A DNA stretch of 64,000 nt from Perna viridis (Eukaryota), in the NCBI GenBank assembly GCA_037379345.1, contig CM074520.1, positions 1,178,001-1,242,000 on the forward strand. Direction: 5' to 3'. Under the pieces are notes generated by a model. It worked only from the letters and a program-made list of their open reading frames with translations, did no database searches and had not been told where the DNA came from. The translations under genes and the position numbers were made by a program. Every line of letters begins with the position of its first letter. The stretch's first letter is position 1. Of this stretch, positions 61,614 through 64,000 are shown piece after piece.

Positions 61614-64000
61614 GCTGATGGAACATTATCACAAAACAGTAAACTAAAAGATTTATCTTTTAACTTTTTTAAAAAAGCAAACTATTTCTGAAAACAAAAA
61701 AAGTTCCAATTTAAAGACTTACAAAACTTTGACTATGACATGTGGTCTTAATGTGTGAAGTTATTCCCATTTGGACCATAAAACACACACTACAAGGGCT
61801 TGTTAATGCTATGATGTATGGGACAATTAAAGGGACATAACTCAACACTTCTGTCATTATTACATGATATTATAACCATTATGGTTAATGTAGAACAATG
61901 TTGTTATGGCAGGGATGCAGTTTTTATACTCAGTTTCAACTTAAGTTTGACGTTTATTTCTATTGGTGTAAAGGAGACAAATATTTTACAACAAACAAAA
62001 TTAAACCTTTTCAGCAGAGGCCAGTAGTTTTTGGGAAAAGCCGATGAGTTCGAGCTACCACTGTACTATCTACTATGGGTAATGTTTGAGCTACCAGTGG
62101 AGCTACCAGTGTACTATCTAAAAATCTATGGAAAAACATCTTTAAGTTTTAAAATACCATTAGAAAATCAATGTTGAAAAAATATTTTTCAGAAAATTTT
62201 TAACCAATCTTGACATATATATGGAAATAATACTAATAATTTCTTATTTTCAGTAAAATTTTGTATTGATCAAATAAAATTTTTATGTATCCACTTTCCA
62301 TATCATCTTCAAAAGTCTTCTGTCAAAAAGATTAAAATACTCTATTTTAATTTCCTCTCCACAGCTACAAATGACATATACAACAAAACCCAAGGATATA
62401 CCTTACAAGTGATATTAAACTAACAACATTGTTTTTTTATTAATGTTTTTGCTCATTCCTTCTGGTATTTCTATGGCCAGATAAAGAACACACAGAAAGG
62501 TCATAATCTTATATTTCCTTAACCTGAATATATCACAATATCTTATTAAAATTCAAATATAGATTTTATCTTAACAAATATAAAGATTGTCATCACTTAT
62601 TATTAAAAATTAGAATTTAGAGACATGAAGTAAAGATTGGAAAACCGATACATTAAATTTTGAAGTTTGCTGGAAGTGTCACAATTTATGTCACAATATG
62701 TTATAACTTTACTCCGACTAAAATTGGACAATAACTTCCTGAATAAAAGTAAATGAATAGGGTATGAAATTTAAAGTGTTTGAATCCCATAAAAAATCTT
62801 ATAGTGTATGAATTATTGAAAAGGTATAAATATACAGTACAAAACTGACATTTTATGGTAAAACATATTTATCACTTTAGTTACTGCATTCAGGAGGGTA
62901 AGAAGTAGAAAGACTTTCTTATATCTTAATTCAAATAAAAAATATATTAATCAGTAAACATTGAAAGACTTAAAGATAAATAGAACTGTAAAAAGTCAAT
63001 TACTGAAATGACAGAGATTCTAAGACCGAAAACACTATATTAAAACACATGTAGATTATGATGTGTCAAACAACAAGGTATAAATCATATTTAGAAAAAT
63101 TTTAGATGTAGACTGAATTATTTCAGGAAACGAGAGTGGCAGCAGGATTTGATATCTATTGAACAACCATATAAATCTATATAATATTTCTGAATCAAAT
63201 GGTGGAAGGAAGGAGCCCATTCCAATTTCCCAAGAAAACTTATCATCAAAATTATGAATTCTAAAACCTGGTTCAACAAAAATGACAAAATTGTCAGATC
63301 ACTACACACAATAACATCAAAATGAACCCCCCAGAATTTAAAGATCTTTTTTTGGCTCATTTGATGATTAATGTTTCAATAAATCATTCTTTAATCTGTC
63401 AAAATCATTTATACAAAATATCAAACATCAATTAAAAACCGTTTGCACCATATTTTTACATGAAGAGTAACAATAACCAACAATATCTCAATGATCCCCA
63501 AATTGAATGAAGACTACAATTAAACATTATATGAAGTAGGCCTGTAAAAACTTGGGAGTACATCTTTCAATTAATCTGAGGATTTAATAAAATGGTACAA
63601 CCCATATTTTTAATTAAAAAAACTGAAAAATCTGACACAATGATAAATTATTCTTACATCTGTCCTTAACAAATGTATGTTGACAGCCCTGATATTCATG
63701 TAGAATTAAAAAATAATCTGTGGTCAGTGAATAAAATTTAGAAATTGGAGCTGGATATGTAATTATTTATGTAAATTGAACTCAATTATTTATCTAATCC
63801 CAATAACTTTTTAGAAGACATACAGATATGTGGCCACCCAGGATGGTTTTACTTGGATTACACAGTACCTATTTGGTAACAGGAGAATCACGATAAGCAA
63901 ACTTTGCCACTGGCGCATGGCAAAAAAAACCAAAATCATGATGGGCAAGTCACAGTGAAATAAGGCTTGCCTACTGAACCATCTACTTTTGGATGCTTTT

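Overview
AT-rich animal DNA with spliceosomal introns. It is most likely a bivalve mollusc, possibly mussel-like; this is inferred from the repeat families and gene types, not from a search. There are no rRNA, tRNA or CRISPR features. The genes form a cell-surface recognition neighbourhood. Three related minus-strand receptor loci with uninterrupted coding regions lie about 9-11 kb apart: an LRR-Ig-TM pseudogene (~0.9-2.5 kb), an intact LRR-Ig-TM gene (9.7-11.2 kb) and an LRR-less Ig-TM gene (20.6-21.4 kb). A two-exon galactose-3-O-sulfotransferase-family gene (14.2-15.9 kb) sits among them. Two convergent 7-cadherin-repeat delta-type protocadherins follow (31.5-35.3 kb on +, 50.0-55.3 kb on -); I rebuilt their three coding exons from splice sites and phases. 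Intergenic DNA holds about ten fragments of one Penelope-like retroelement family, a LINE 3' end, several MITEs/foldbacks and many minisatellites. Most notable observations: (1) the two intact Ig domains lack the canonical F-strand cysteine and share a C-x16-C A/B-strand pair instead; (2) CpG content drops sharply at about 47-49 kb, leaving the two protocadherin paralogues in opposite CpG states; (3) both protocadherins have a degenerate EC3-EC4 calcium linker, short uORFs and differently placed tail motifs; (4) a minimal hammerhead-like motif at 37.5 kb and an unexplained structured GC-rich island at 29.2-29.5 kb. All calls were made by eye without database searches.
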